Below, piece by piece: positions 9,634 to 20,740 of a stretch of DNA of 64,000 bases. Origin of the DNA: Anthoceros angustus. Taxonomy: Eukaryota > Plantae > Anthocerotophyta. The stretch's first letter is position 1, and the number at the start of each line of letters is the position of its first letter. A program made the translations under genes and the position numbers. The stretch spans positions 1,054,001-1,118,000 of the forward strand of contig MU008174.1 of NCBI GenBank assembly GCA_010909165.1, written 5' to 3'. A model generated the notes under the pieces. That model was given only the letters and a program-made list of their open reading frames with translations. It made no database searches and was not told where the DNA came from.

Positions 9634-12395
9634 GAGGTAAGTAATGTGGTCCTTTCGATGTGTAGCTTGCTGTTTGTAGATCAGGCCCATGTTGGGTAGG
9701 GCAGGCATTTGAATTATGGCAGCATTGCAGAAAAACTTCCATAATCCGGACTTCGTGCACAGCACATCAGGGGTGAACTTGTGGGTTGAGGAACGGGGAT
9801 CAGGAGACAGCGTTGTGAGGCCTATAGTTGAGCGTGGAGCTGAGTGTGAGGCCTCTGGCAGGTCGAGGTCGTCTTCTGGACTCTGTTGAGCTAGTTTTGA
9901 TGAGTTTAATGCCGTCTCTTCTGTTCTGACTACACAGAGACTTTGTATCTTGCAGGTGTGAGAATGATTCGGAGAAGATTGAGACACGGAGAAGACTGTG
10001 TGAGGAGGGGCAGCCGAGTGAGGCTGTGGCAGCCTTGGAGCTTTTGGTGGGAAAAGGAGCTCCGGTTGCCTTGTCTCTTTTTTATCGTGTCCTCAGAGGA
10101 TGCATATTACAGAAAGATTTGGTTCTTGGCAGGCGTGTGCACCACCTTGCTGTTCAGCGTGGGTATGATTCAAGCCCATTCTTGGCAAATCACTTCATCC
10201 GTATGTATGCTTCTCATGGGAGTTTGCGGGACGCGGCACAGGTGTTCAGCAAACTGGCTGCACCAGATCTTTTCACGTGGGCCTCCATTATTTTGGCACA
10301 TGCTGATCATGGACACCCTAAACAGGCCATAAAACTTTATCAACAGATGCGGCAATCGGCTGTGAAGCCAGACAGCTATATACTTGTGGCAGTTCTGAAA
10401 GCATGTACTCGGGCAGTGGATCTGGTTTCTGGCAAAGACGTCCATGCGGACATATTGGACTGTGCAATTGAGCCGAATGTGTTTGTTGGAAACTGCCTGG
10501 TCGACATGTATGCGAAATGTGGAAGTCTGGTCGATGCTCGGAGGGTGTTTGACAGCTTGCCCATGAAGACTGTGGTTACATGGAATTCAATGATTGCAGG
10601 ATATGCTCAGCACGGGCTTGGTCATGAGGCCCTTGAGCTCCATTCAAGGATGCAACGAGATGGCATCAGTGCCCCCAATAATGTGACTTTTCTGTGCCTG
10701 CTGAAGGCATGTGCTAGTGTGGGAGCTTTACATGAGGGGAAGGAGCTGCACTCGCAGATCAGGGAACGAGGCTTAGACTCGGATGTGGTGGTTGCCAGCA
10801 GCCTGGTGGACATGTATGCAAAATGTGGCAGCTTAGGAGATGCCCGAGCAGTGTTTGACAGATTGAGCAGGAGAGATGTGGTGGCCTGGACTGCCATGAT
10901 AACTGGATATGTGCAGCATGGGTTTGGTCAAGAAGCGCTTGCACTTTATGCGCGTATGCAACATGAGGGTGTTATTCAAGCCAATCGTGTCACCTTTGCA
11001 TGCCTCCTCAACGCTTGTGCCAGTGTCGGAGGTTTACGCCAGGGCAAGGAGCTTCACTCACAGATCCAGGAAAGCAGGCTGGAAGGTGATGTGGTTGTCG
11101 GCAGCAGCCTGGTGGACATGTATGCAAAATGTGGGAGCTTAGAGGATGCTCAGAGGGTTTTTGATAGACTGCCGACGAAGAACGTGGTGACATGGAATGC
11201 CATGTTTGGGGTTATGCTCAGCATGGACTCGGGCAGGAAGCACTGGATCTGTACAAGAGTATGCTGCTGGAGGCGTCACTCCAGCCGACCATGTGACGTT
11301 TTCGTGCCTGGTGAAAGCATGTGCGAGCATAGGAGCTGTGCATCAGGGGAAGCAACTCCACTCACACATCCAGGAAAGAGGACTTGAATCAGAGGATGTG
11401 CTGGCCAGCAGTCTGGTAGACATGTATGTCAAATTCGGGAGCTTGGATGATGCTCGGGAGCTGTTTGACAGATTGCCAGCAAAGATGCCGTGACATGGAA
11501 TGCTCTTTTGAATGGCTACGCCCAACACAACAATGTACAAATGGCAATGCAGTGCTTCGAAGATATGCGGCATCATGGTGTCCAACCCAACAGCTCAACA
11601 TTCGTGGGTCTACTTGTGGCATGTAGCCATGCTGGCCTGGTGGATGAAGGTAAGCAGTATTTTGCTGCAATGAAGGATGCCCATGGCATCGAGCCGTCAG
11701 TGTACCACTACAACTGCATGGTTGATCTCCTTGGACGGTCAGGCCGGCTGGATGAAGCAGAAAACCTATTGCAGGCCATGCCACACAACACCGACATCGT
11801 AGGCTGGATCTCTCTCCTGACCGCCTGCAAAAGCCATGGTGACGAAGCCCGGGCATGGAGGTGCTTCCACTCTGTCACTGCTCTGGAACCTCAAAACTCA
11901 GCTGCCTATGCTCTCCTGGCGAGCATATATGCCTCAACAGGCCGACGGAGAGAGGTAGAATCCATCGAGAACCTGAGAAAAGCTGCAGGTGCTTGCAAGA
12001 AGCCTGCTAGGGCCTGGATCGAGGTAAACAGCAGGGTTGCAACATTCATCGTTGGCGAAGAAAGGAATGACACATCCTCCAAGCTGAGCAGTGTGAATCA
12101 CCAGCTCGAAGACCCAGGACCTCATCTTCACGTCCAACACTCCAAGCCGGTGACTGAAGCAGAAAAGGAAGACGCCCTGTGTGGCCACGCTGAGAAACTG
12201 GCCTTAGCATACGGTCTTCTCAACACCCCAGACGGAACCACATTACTGGTCACCAAGAACCTTCGCATGTGCGATGACTGCCACAACGGCACCAAGATGA
12301 TGTCCAGGACGGAGAAGCGTGAAATCATCGTGAGAGACGCCCACCGTGTCCACCACTTCGTCGACGGCTGCTGTACCTGCGGCGACCGGCATTGA
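9516..12395 (+). CDS. PLS-E1-E2-DYW:KP pentatricopeptide repeat protein (C-terminal DRH), candidate organellar U-to-C RNA editing factor, copy 1
   Basis: Predicted exon 9516-9562 (MELRCMDGFLSGLAY, phase-2 GT) plus exon 9956-12395. 17 PLS motifs, E1/E2, KPARAWIEV in place of the PG box, HAEKLA, CDDCH and terminal CTCGDRH. Three 1-bp homopolymer deletions (~11210, ~11272, ~11476) are absent from copy 2. Confidence 0.92.
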
Positions 12396-12767
12396 CAGAG
12401 TCACTGTGACAGGCTGTATTTCAGATGACGCCAGTCTTGAAGTCCTCCTCACGTCAGCCGAGAATGTGAGTAGATAAGGTCGCTTGGTATTGTAGATGAG
12501 GTGGCATCGGTGTAAGAGCATCCCGCCTGCCGCCTCCCGACAAAACGCGTCTTCCCTTCCCGTCCAAACGGATGCGCAGATGCATGTAGATAGTGATGAG
12601 GTTAACAGAGAGCGGCCGTTGCCTCCAAGGACGCTGCATGACGTCTCTCCAGCGAGTCCAGGACGTAGGCATATATCCAACCAAAGCTGTTTCAGGGGCT
12701 TTTCCCAGTAAAGTGATCAGGTGAGACGTCATGTGCGAGGTGCAGCCTAGGGCGTGCACCGAGGCGG

Positions 12768-12837
12768 CAGCAACAGGGCCAATGAGAATCAGCAACAGGG
12801 CCAATGAGAAGCAGCAACAGGGCCAATGAGAAGCAGC
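12768..12837. repeat. 22-bp tandem repeat x3 (CAGCAACAGGGCCAATGAGAA[T/G]); also at ~29008-29077
   Basis: Read directly. Confidence 0.95.
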
Positions 12838-14520
12838 CACAGAGAGATGCACCTTTCTCGCCCTGTCCTCCAAGTTAGCGCGCATTCAACTCCATGGAAG
12901 CTACTTGTCGCACTGCAGTTCTCCGATCACGATCTTGGCGTCTTGTCGTACTTCTCATACACTGCGGCAGTTGGCAAGCTGCTTTGCTTGTTTGGAAAGA
13001 TCCCAAGCTAACTACGCGTTGCCCACGCTTCCACAGAGCGTACCGAGATATGGAAACCTCGAGACCGATCATTGATGCCTCTCGTGTCGCAGTACATACG
13101 TATGCGCACCAGCGGGTGCGGTGTAGTACAGTCATCTGCACCTCTTCACCGTCTCCATATGCTATGTGGTTTGAGGGTTTGAGCATGTCGTCCCTGAGTT
13201 CGAGCAGGCTTACATCCGTCTATGGAGTTGTGTGCGTGAGACCACAAATTTTTGGATTTGAGCTGATAATGTTTTAATCAAACATCCGAAGAAGCTGTTC
13301 TCGTTGCTGGACACTTCCACATGCGGGGCCAGGCCAGTTTATTCGAACCTGGCGTGAAATCTCCTATCCTACGTCTCTGCAAACGCCAACGAACACTCCA
13401 AAAGCCATGTAAACAGTGAAAGCAGGAAGAGCCATAGCCGGGCCACCTGTTGTCAGGACTCGGGTCGTAACCGATGCATGTTGGAACTTGGGCACCCAGG
13501 AATGGTGGGCCCGCCTCATCCACACCACCACCCGGCGTCGTTTTTCTTCACTATCCAGCCGGCAGGCCTCGCCGGTGCCGTACGGTACAGGTTACATGCA
13601 TGTATGTATGTACATATGTATATAACATAACATAACGGCTGGACAAATACAGTGAAACGGAGGCCAACAGCTGTCAGCGGCTTATCCATAAAAGTCGACT
13701 CCGAATTCGATTTGTGATTTCGAGGCATTGTCGCTTCAATGGCGTTCTCCAGTCTGGATTTATGTATTGCTTCCTACTGGATGAGTATGGCAACTGCATT
13801 ACATAATCTCCCAGTTCTAATCTTTCTAATCCTTAAGGACACACTCGTAGACATCCTCCTGAATCCTAAAGAGACTCGTAACATCCCCTTAAGCCTAAAG
13901 AGACACTAAGAGGTCACTGTAGACACCGTTCAATAGTATCCGAGTCAGTCTGCATATGGCTTCTGGTTGTGGAAAGTGGGGTGAGGTCAGTTTCTTACTT
14001 CAACAGTTGCCACATTTGTATCTGGAAATATCGTTGAGAGGGCCCAGTTTGAAAAGCCGGTCGTGAGTCACCGCCACCGGATGAAATGGAATGATGCCGC
14101 GGCATCGGAATCTGTCCACGTGAATATGAGCGCCTCCTTGGCCCCAGCACCTATGCCGTCTGTTTTTGACTGTGAGCGCTTCCACGGTAAGAGGGAGGTG
14201 GCAGAGAGCACAAGCCCGGCAGATCGAGGGGCGGAATTGGCAGAGGTCAGGGACGCAGGGCCCAGGGCCAGGCCAGGTCCCACGAAAGGCTGATCGCTTC
14301 CGGCAACGACAAGCTTCGGGAGGGGCAAACAGTAGGAAGACAGAAGAGAGAGCAAAGTGGGCACGGAAGGCCGGCAGGTATTTAAGCGTTGCAAGGCTTC
14401 TGGGGGGAAGTGGAAACGAGGAGCCAGTGGAGGCGCAGATAGTGGGCAATGGAGCTCTGAATTCGCTGCGAGGAGGAGGGAAAATTGGCGCGGAGAGGAT
14501 CTGAGGAGGAGGACGGCAAG

Positions 14521-15659
14521 ATGGGGTCGCAGAGAGTGGGAGGATGCTTCAGCGGGGGCCGCGAAGGGGTGAGGGAGCCGGGGCATGCAAGAAAGTCAGG
14601 AAACCCTCGGGCTATCTGTGGTGGTGCTGGCGTCGGATCTGGCTGTGGATACGCATGACTTGGGCCTGCATGCTCACCGTCTCCTGCTCCAGCACCGCCA
14701 GCACCGCGTCTGACGCCTCCTCGGAAGACTTCGAGAATGATGATTTCCTGGACCTGGAGGAGCTCGAATTCCTGCGCTTCGAGGGGGTGGACAAGGAGGG
14801 CCGCCAAATTGTGCGCCTCGTCGGCAAGTTTCTCCCAGGTATGTATGATTCCGGTCTGGTTGCTGCAGCCTTGCAATGCCGGTGACGGGATGTCCTGTTG
14901 GGCAAGGTTGTTGGTCTGATGTGTCCGCCCGCCGCCTGCAGCTACTGTTGTGGACGGCAGGAGGCTCAAGGCCTTCGTGCAGCGGAAGATTGTGCAGGAG
15001 CTTAAGGACGGGTCTTTCTGTCTCGTATACTTCCACTCCAATGTCCAGAGTGGGGACAACTCCCCTGGAATGTTCACTCTCAGGTCCATATACGAGTCTT
15101 TGCCGTGCGAGTATAAGCAGAGGCTTGAAGTGGTGTACTTCCTGCACCCCGGCCTGCGCTCCCGTCTGCTGCTTGGCACCTTTGGAAGGTTCTTCTTGAC
15201 CGAGAGGTATGCTTGGCTTGCCCCCGCTTTCTTTCTCAGACAGCTAAGCTTCCCGTCCCGGGATGCTGGTGTTGCACAAAGTTCTTAGCTTCGCTTCCTT
15301 GAGTTCCTGCAGGCTCTACTGGAAGATTCAGTATGTGAGCCGCCTGGAGTTCCTGTGGGACTTCATCAGGAAGGGACAAGTGCAAGTCCCTGAGCATGTC
15401 ATTGAGCACGACCAAGAGCTTGAAACCAGGCCCCTGATGGACTATGGCTTGGAGACCGACCCTTTACAAAATGCTGACCTGCCTGCCTCGGGCGCCAACC
15501 TTGCTTTCAACAGATATTCTAGCTCATATGCCTACAGGTGAGGTTCCTGACGCTTGTGCATACTTGTCATACCGGAGTATTTGTGTCTGGAAACAGGATC
15601 CCTGCGATAGTCAGAGGAGCCTGGACTAATCTGTCAAACTCATTCCCTTTTGCAGGTAA
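14521..15659 (+). CDS. CRAL-TRIO/BNIP2 (BCH, GDAP2-like Sec14-type) domain protein, 4 exons, copy 1
   Basis: Exons ~14521-14838, 14942-15206, 15313-15537 and 15656-15659 with GT-AG introns. They splice to ...FLRFEGVDKEGRQIVRLVGKFLPATVVDGRRLK...FCLVYFHSNVQ...LEVVYFLHPGLRSRLLL...LYWKIQYVSRLEFLW...QVPEHVIEHD...YAYR*. Exon 1 5' part has indels relative to copy 2. Confidence 0.88.
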
Positions 15660-16385
15660 CAGAACTTGACGACCAACCTTCGCCAGACACATCGAAGTAT
15701 GTGTGGTACTATCCCTTGTATCATAGGGGGGGTCTGCAGACCCCTAAACAGTCTTCATCCTCGTCCATTGAATATGGCATGCATAGTTCACGCACATACT
15801 GCAGAGTTCATAGATCGCTTTCTGCCATATCTGGAATAGACGTTGTAGCACCAGCAGCAGGTCCGCTGTTCATCGGGGACAGGAAACCTGCGGAACTTCC
15901 TTTCTCTGCAATTAGTGTACAAAGAGTAAATATGCAGAGTGCTTTCTCACTTGCACAAAAAGTAAATATACAGTGTGCTTTCTCACTTGCACTTCCTATA
16001 ATCTGTTTAAGATTGTTCCATGTTGTTCCATGTGTTCTGGCCTGCGAATCAAACTGCAAGTATTGGTGTTTTCCCACGTCAATTGTGTAACATCATATCA
16101 ACAGCGAGCAAACTGTAAAGTATTGGCGTCGTTTTCCCACATCAAGTGTTCCACATCAAAGCAACAGCGAGGAGCAGGAAGATGCAGGAACACGGCACTG
16201 CAGCAAAACATGTATGCTTCACAAGTGGAGACCTTGACAGCAAGCTATTCGACGTCCACAAATTGCACTCTTCCCTCCACCGCTGTGCATGTTTGCAACG
16301 TCAGCCGTCCTGCACCGCCAGTCCTGTGCATGTTGGCAACTTGAACCTTCTTGCACGTCTCTTAAAGTAATGGATACCAGGTCTT

Positions 16386-16630
16386 GCTAGGCGTCTTCTA
16401 TACCGGAGGCTCGATGCAACCTACATGCAACCAGGGGACAAACAAAAAGGAACATTCTGCAACTCAGAAACCATCTCCAACAATCAGTTAAAAAATCAGA
16501 CATCTAGGCGTCTTCTATACTTCGGCACACCGTAGGCTCGATGCAACCTACATGCAACCAGGGGACAAACAAGAAGGAACATTCTGCAACTCAGAAACCA
16601 TCTCCAACAATCAGTTAAAAAATCAGACAT
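16386..16630. repeat. ~120-bp tandem duplication between the convergent CRAL-TRIO and USP genes (recurs at ~17970, ~19550, ~32630)
   Basis: CTAGGCGTCTTCTATAC...GGCTCGATGCAACCTACATGCAACCAGGG...AATCAGACAT occurs twice. Confidence 0.9.
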
Positions 16631-17027
16631 CCAGCAGGGAACTCTAAGCTGTACAAGTGCTGAGATTATGTATTGAATCGGTCTTCTAAATACTGTATCT
16701 CTGAAAGAAAACGTAGAAGCTGCAACACTGTGACTTGCCTTCTCAAAGGCTTCAAGGCTCACAACGAGACAGGAGAGTTTCAAGATCTGCATTGCCTGAA
16801 GTTTTACGAATTGCTAAACCTATAAAACCTTCCGATCACACCTATCCACAGGTAGCCCTTCATGTAGCATAAGGTCACTTCATCCATTCAAGATCCATTC
16901 GCAGATTCCTGAACCCGGCCGATGAGTCTTCTCACCAAAAACAAAATAAAGGAGTAACAATTGCATCATCCCGCAACAACGAAACTCCCATCCGATCTCT
17001 GACGCTTCCACAACGAGGGCGGGAAGC

Positions 17028-17338
17028 TCAGAACGAGGGAACCGGCATGAGAGCCTCAGCGTCCTTTTCCTCCAGCAACCTCACCACCACTACAGGCACG
17101 TCGCAATGGTGCACGCAGTAGTCACTGACACTCCCAAGCCGCGCCTTCCTGGAGCGCTTGGCCGCGCCAAAGCCCCGGCTTCCCATGATCACGGCAGCAG
17201 CTCCAGGCGCTCCACTTCCAAGCAAATACGCTCCTTCATGTCGTGGTCCTTGACGATATGAATCTTGTGCGGAATTTTGGCTTCCACAAGCGGCTTGGCC
17301 AGATCGTCCGCCTTGGACGCAGTGAGTGCCTCGAATTC
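17028..17338 (-). pseudogene. 3' half of the USP gene (rearrangement product)
   Basis: Encodes EFEALTASKADDLAKPLVEAKIPHKIHIVKDHDMKERICLEVERL...GSVSDYCVHHCDVPVVVV and is cut at CTCGAATTC (17330-17338). Confidence 0.85.
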
Positions 17339-17892
17339 CTGCGCTTCGAGGGGTGGACAAGGAGGGCCCAAATTGTGCGCCTCGTCGGCAAGTTTCTCCC
17401 AGGTATGTATGATTCCGGTCTGGTTGCTGCAGCCTTGCAATGCCGGTGACGGGATGTCCTGTTGGGCAAGGTTGTTGGTCTGATGTGTCCGCCCGCCGCC
17501 TGCAGCTACTGTTGTGGACGGCAGGAGGCTCAAGGCCTTCGTGCAGCGGAAGATTGTGCAGGAGCTTAAGGACGGGTCTTTCTGTCTCGTATACTTCCAC
17601 CCAATGTCCAGAGTGGGGACAACTCCTGGAATGTTCACTCTCAGGTCCATATACGAGTCTTTGCCGTGCGAGTATAAGCAGAGGCTTGAAGTGGTGTACT
17701 TCCTGCACCCCGGCCTGCGCTCCCGTCTGCTGCTTGGCACCTTTGGAAGGTTCTTCTTGACTGAGAGGTATGCTTGCTTTCTTTCTCAGACAGCTAAGCT
17801 TCCCGTCCTGGGATGCTGGTGTTGCACAAAGTTCTTAGCTTCGCTTCCTTGAGTTCCTGCAGGCTCTACTGGAAGATTCAGTATGTGAGCCG
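17330..17892 (+). pseudogene. Internal fragment of the CRAL-TRIO gene (end of exon 1 to start of exon 3)
   Basis: Matches 14763-15342 and is bounded by microhomologies CTCGAATTC and AGCCG. Confidence 0.9.
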
Positions 17893-18608
17893 TCCTGCAC
17901 CGCCAGTCCTGTGCATGTTGGCAACTTGAACCTTCTTGCACGTCTCTTAAAGTAATGGATACCAGGTCTTGCTAGGCGTCTTCTATACCGGAGGCTCGAT
18001 GCAACCTACATGCAACCAGGGGACAAACAAAAGGAACATTCTGCAACTCAGAAACCATCTCCAACAATCAGTTAAAAATCAGACATCTAGGCGTCTTCTA
18101 TACTTCGGCACACCGTAGGCTCGATGCAACCTACATGCAACCAGGGGACAAACAAGAAGGAACATTCTGCAACTCAGAAACCATCTCCAACAATCAGTTA
18201 AAAATCAGACATCCAGCAGGGAACTCTAAGCTGTACAAGTGCTGAGATTATGTATTGAATCGGTCTTCTAAATACTGTATCTCTGAAAAAAACGTAGAAG
18301 CTGCAACACTGTGACTTGCCTTCTCAAAGGCTTCAAGGCTCACAACGAGACAGGAGAGTTTCAAGATCTGCATTGCCTGAAGTTTTACGAATTGCTAAAC
18401 CTATAAAACCTTCCGATCACACCTATCCACAGGTAGCCCTTCATGTAGCATAAGGTCACTTCATCCATTCAAGATCCATTCGCAGATTCCTGAACCCGGC
18501 CGATGAGTCTTCTCACCAAAAACAAAATAAAGGAGTAACAATTGCATCATCCCGCAACAACGAAACTCCCATCCGATCTCTGACGCTTCCACAACGAGGG
18601 CGGGAAGC

Positions 18609-18925
18609 TCAGAACGAGGGAACCGGCATGAGAGCCTCAGCGTCCTTTTCCTCCAGCAACCTCACCACCACTACAGGCACGTCGCAATGGTGCACGCAGT
18701 AGTCACTGACACTCCCAAGCCGCGCCTTCCTGGAGCGCTTGGCCGCGCCAAAGCCCCGGCTTCCCATGATCACGGCAGCAGCTCCAGGCGCTCCACTTCC
18801 AAGCAAATACGCTCCTTCATGTCGTGGTCCTTGACGATATGAATCTTGTGCGGAATTTTGGCTTCCACAAGCGGCTTGGCCAGATCGTCCGCCTTGGACG
18901 CAGTGAGTGCCTCGAATTCATCCTC
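18609..18925 (-). pseudogene. Second 3' half copy of the USP gene
   Basis: Same USP C-terminal peptide, joined at TTCATCCTC (18917-18925) to DNA matching 15753 onward. Confidence 0.85.
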
Positions 18926-20131
18926 GTCCATTGAATATGGCATGCATAGTTCACGCACATACTGCAGAGTTCATAGATCGCTTTCTGCCATATCTGGAAT
19001 AGACGTTGTAGCACCAGCAGCAGGTCCGCTGTTCATCGGGGACAGGAAACCTGCGGAACTTCCTTTCTCTGCAATTAGGAGTGTACAAAGAGTAAATATG
19101 CAGAGTGCTTTCTCACTTGCACAAAAAGTAAATATACAGTGTGCTTTCTCACTTGCACTTCCTATAATCTGTTTAAGATTGTTCCATGTTGTTCCATGTG
19201 TTCTGGCCTGCGAATCAAACTGCAAGTATTGGTGTTTTCCCACGTCAATTGTGTAACATCATATCAACAGCGAGCAAACTGTAAAGTATTGGCGTCGTTT
19301 TCCACATCAAGTGTTCCACATCAAAGCAACAGCGAGGAGCAGGAAGATGCAGGAACACGGCACTGCAGCAAAACATGTATGCTTCACAAGTGGAGACCTT
19401 GACAGCAAGCTATTCGACGTCCACAAATTGCACTCTTCCCTCCACCGCTGTGCATGTTTGCAACGTCAGCCGTCCTGCACCGCCAGTCCTGTGCATGTTG
19501 GCAACTTGAACCTTCTTGCACGTCTCTTAAAGTAATGGATACCAGGTCTTGCTAGGCGTCTTCTATACCGGAGGCTCGATGCAACCTACATGCAACCAGG
19601 GACAAACAAAAGGAACATTCTGCAACTCAGAAACCATCTCCAACAATCAGTTAAAAATCAGACATCTAGGCGTCTTCTATACTTCGGCACACCGTAGGCT
19701 CGATGCAACCTACATGCAACCAGGGACAAACAAGAAGGAACATTCTGCAACTCAGAAACCATCTCCAACAATCAGTTAAAAATCAGACATCCAGCAGGGA
19801 ACTCTAAGCTGTACAAGTGCTGAGATTATGTATTGAATCGGTCTTCTAAATACTGTATCTCTGAAAGAAAACGTAGAAGCTGCAACACAGTGTGACTTGC
19901 CTTCTCAAAGGCTTCAAGGCTCACAAACGAGACAGGAGAGTTTCAAGATCTGCATTGCCTGAAGTTTTACGAATTGCTAAACCTATAAAAACCTTCCGAT
20001 CTCACACCTATCCACAGGTAGCCCTTCATGTAGCATAAGGTCACTTCATCCATTCAAGATCCATTCGCAGATTCCTGAACCCGGCCGATGAGTCTTCTCA
20101 CCAAAAACAAAATAAAGGAGTAACAATTGCA

Positions 20132-20740
20132 TCATCCCGCAACAACGAAACTCCCATCCGATCTCTGACGCTTCCACAACGAGGGCGGGAAGCTCAGAAC
20201 GAGGGAGCCGGCATGAGCCTCAGCGTCCTTTTCCTCCGGCAACCTCACCACCACTACAGGCACGTCGCAATGGTGCACGCAGTAGTCACTGACACTCCCA
20301 AGCCGCGCCTTCCTGGAGCGCTTGGCCGCGCCAAAGCCCCGGCTTCCCATGATCACGGCAGCAGCTCCCAGGCGCTCCACTTCCAAGCAAATACGCTCCT
20401 TCATGTCGTGGTCCTTGACGATATGAATCTTGTGCGGAATTTTGGCTTCCACAAGCGGCTTGGCCAGATCGTCCGCCTTGGACGCAGTGAGTGCCTCGAA
20501 TTCATCCTCCATCCGCTGCTGCTGCGCCGGCGATGCGCTCTTGTGGCCCGGCTCCGACGCAGGCCCCCAGTCCGCCCCGTACAGCACGCTCGTCGGCCGC
20601 ACATGCAGCAGAATCACATGGTCCCCGGGCCGCAGGTAGTTCGCCACGGCCCAGCGTACTGCGTATGCGCTCTCATCGCTCAGATCCACAGGTATGGCGA
20701 TCTTTCTGTCCGAACTCGGCACCGACCCTGACAGTGGCAT
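20132..20740 (-). CDS. Universal stress protein A-like (USP domain, PHOS32/34-like), copy 1
   Basis: 202-aa ORF: RKIAIPVDLSDESAYAVRWAVANYLRPGDHVILLHV...IMGSRGFGAAKR...LGSVSDYCVHHCDVPVVVV. Confidence 0.93.
   Translation of the reverse strand: MPLSGSVPSSDRKIAIPVDLSDESAYAVRWAVANYLRPGDHVILLHVRPTSVLYGADWGPASEPGHKSASPAQQQRMEDEFEALTASKADDLAKPLVEAKIPHKIHIVKDHDMKERICLEVERLGAAAVIMGSRGFGAAKRSRKARLGSVSDYCVHHCDVPVVVVRLPEEKDAEAHAGSLVLSFPPSLWKRQRSDGSFVVAG

Noticed and set aside
14068-14070. In-frame TGA between two open stretches (FIRWR*LTTGFSNW), considered as selenocysteine or readthrough
   Set aside because: No selenoprotein homology or SECIS was recognised, and land plants are not known to use Sec.
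17028-17740. 226-aa and 183-aa ORFs as novel full genes
   Set aside because: They are chimeras of antisense CRAL-TRIO DNA and the USP 3' half created by a junction; treated under the rearrangement findings.
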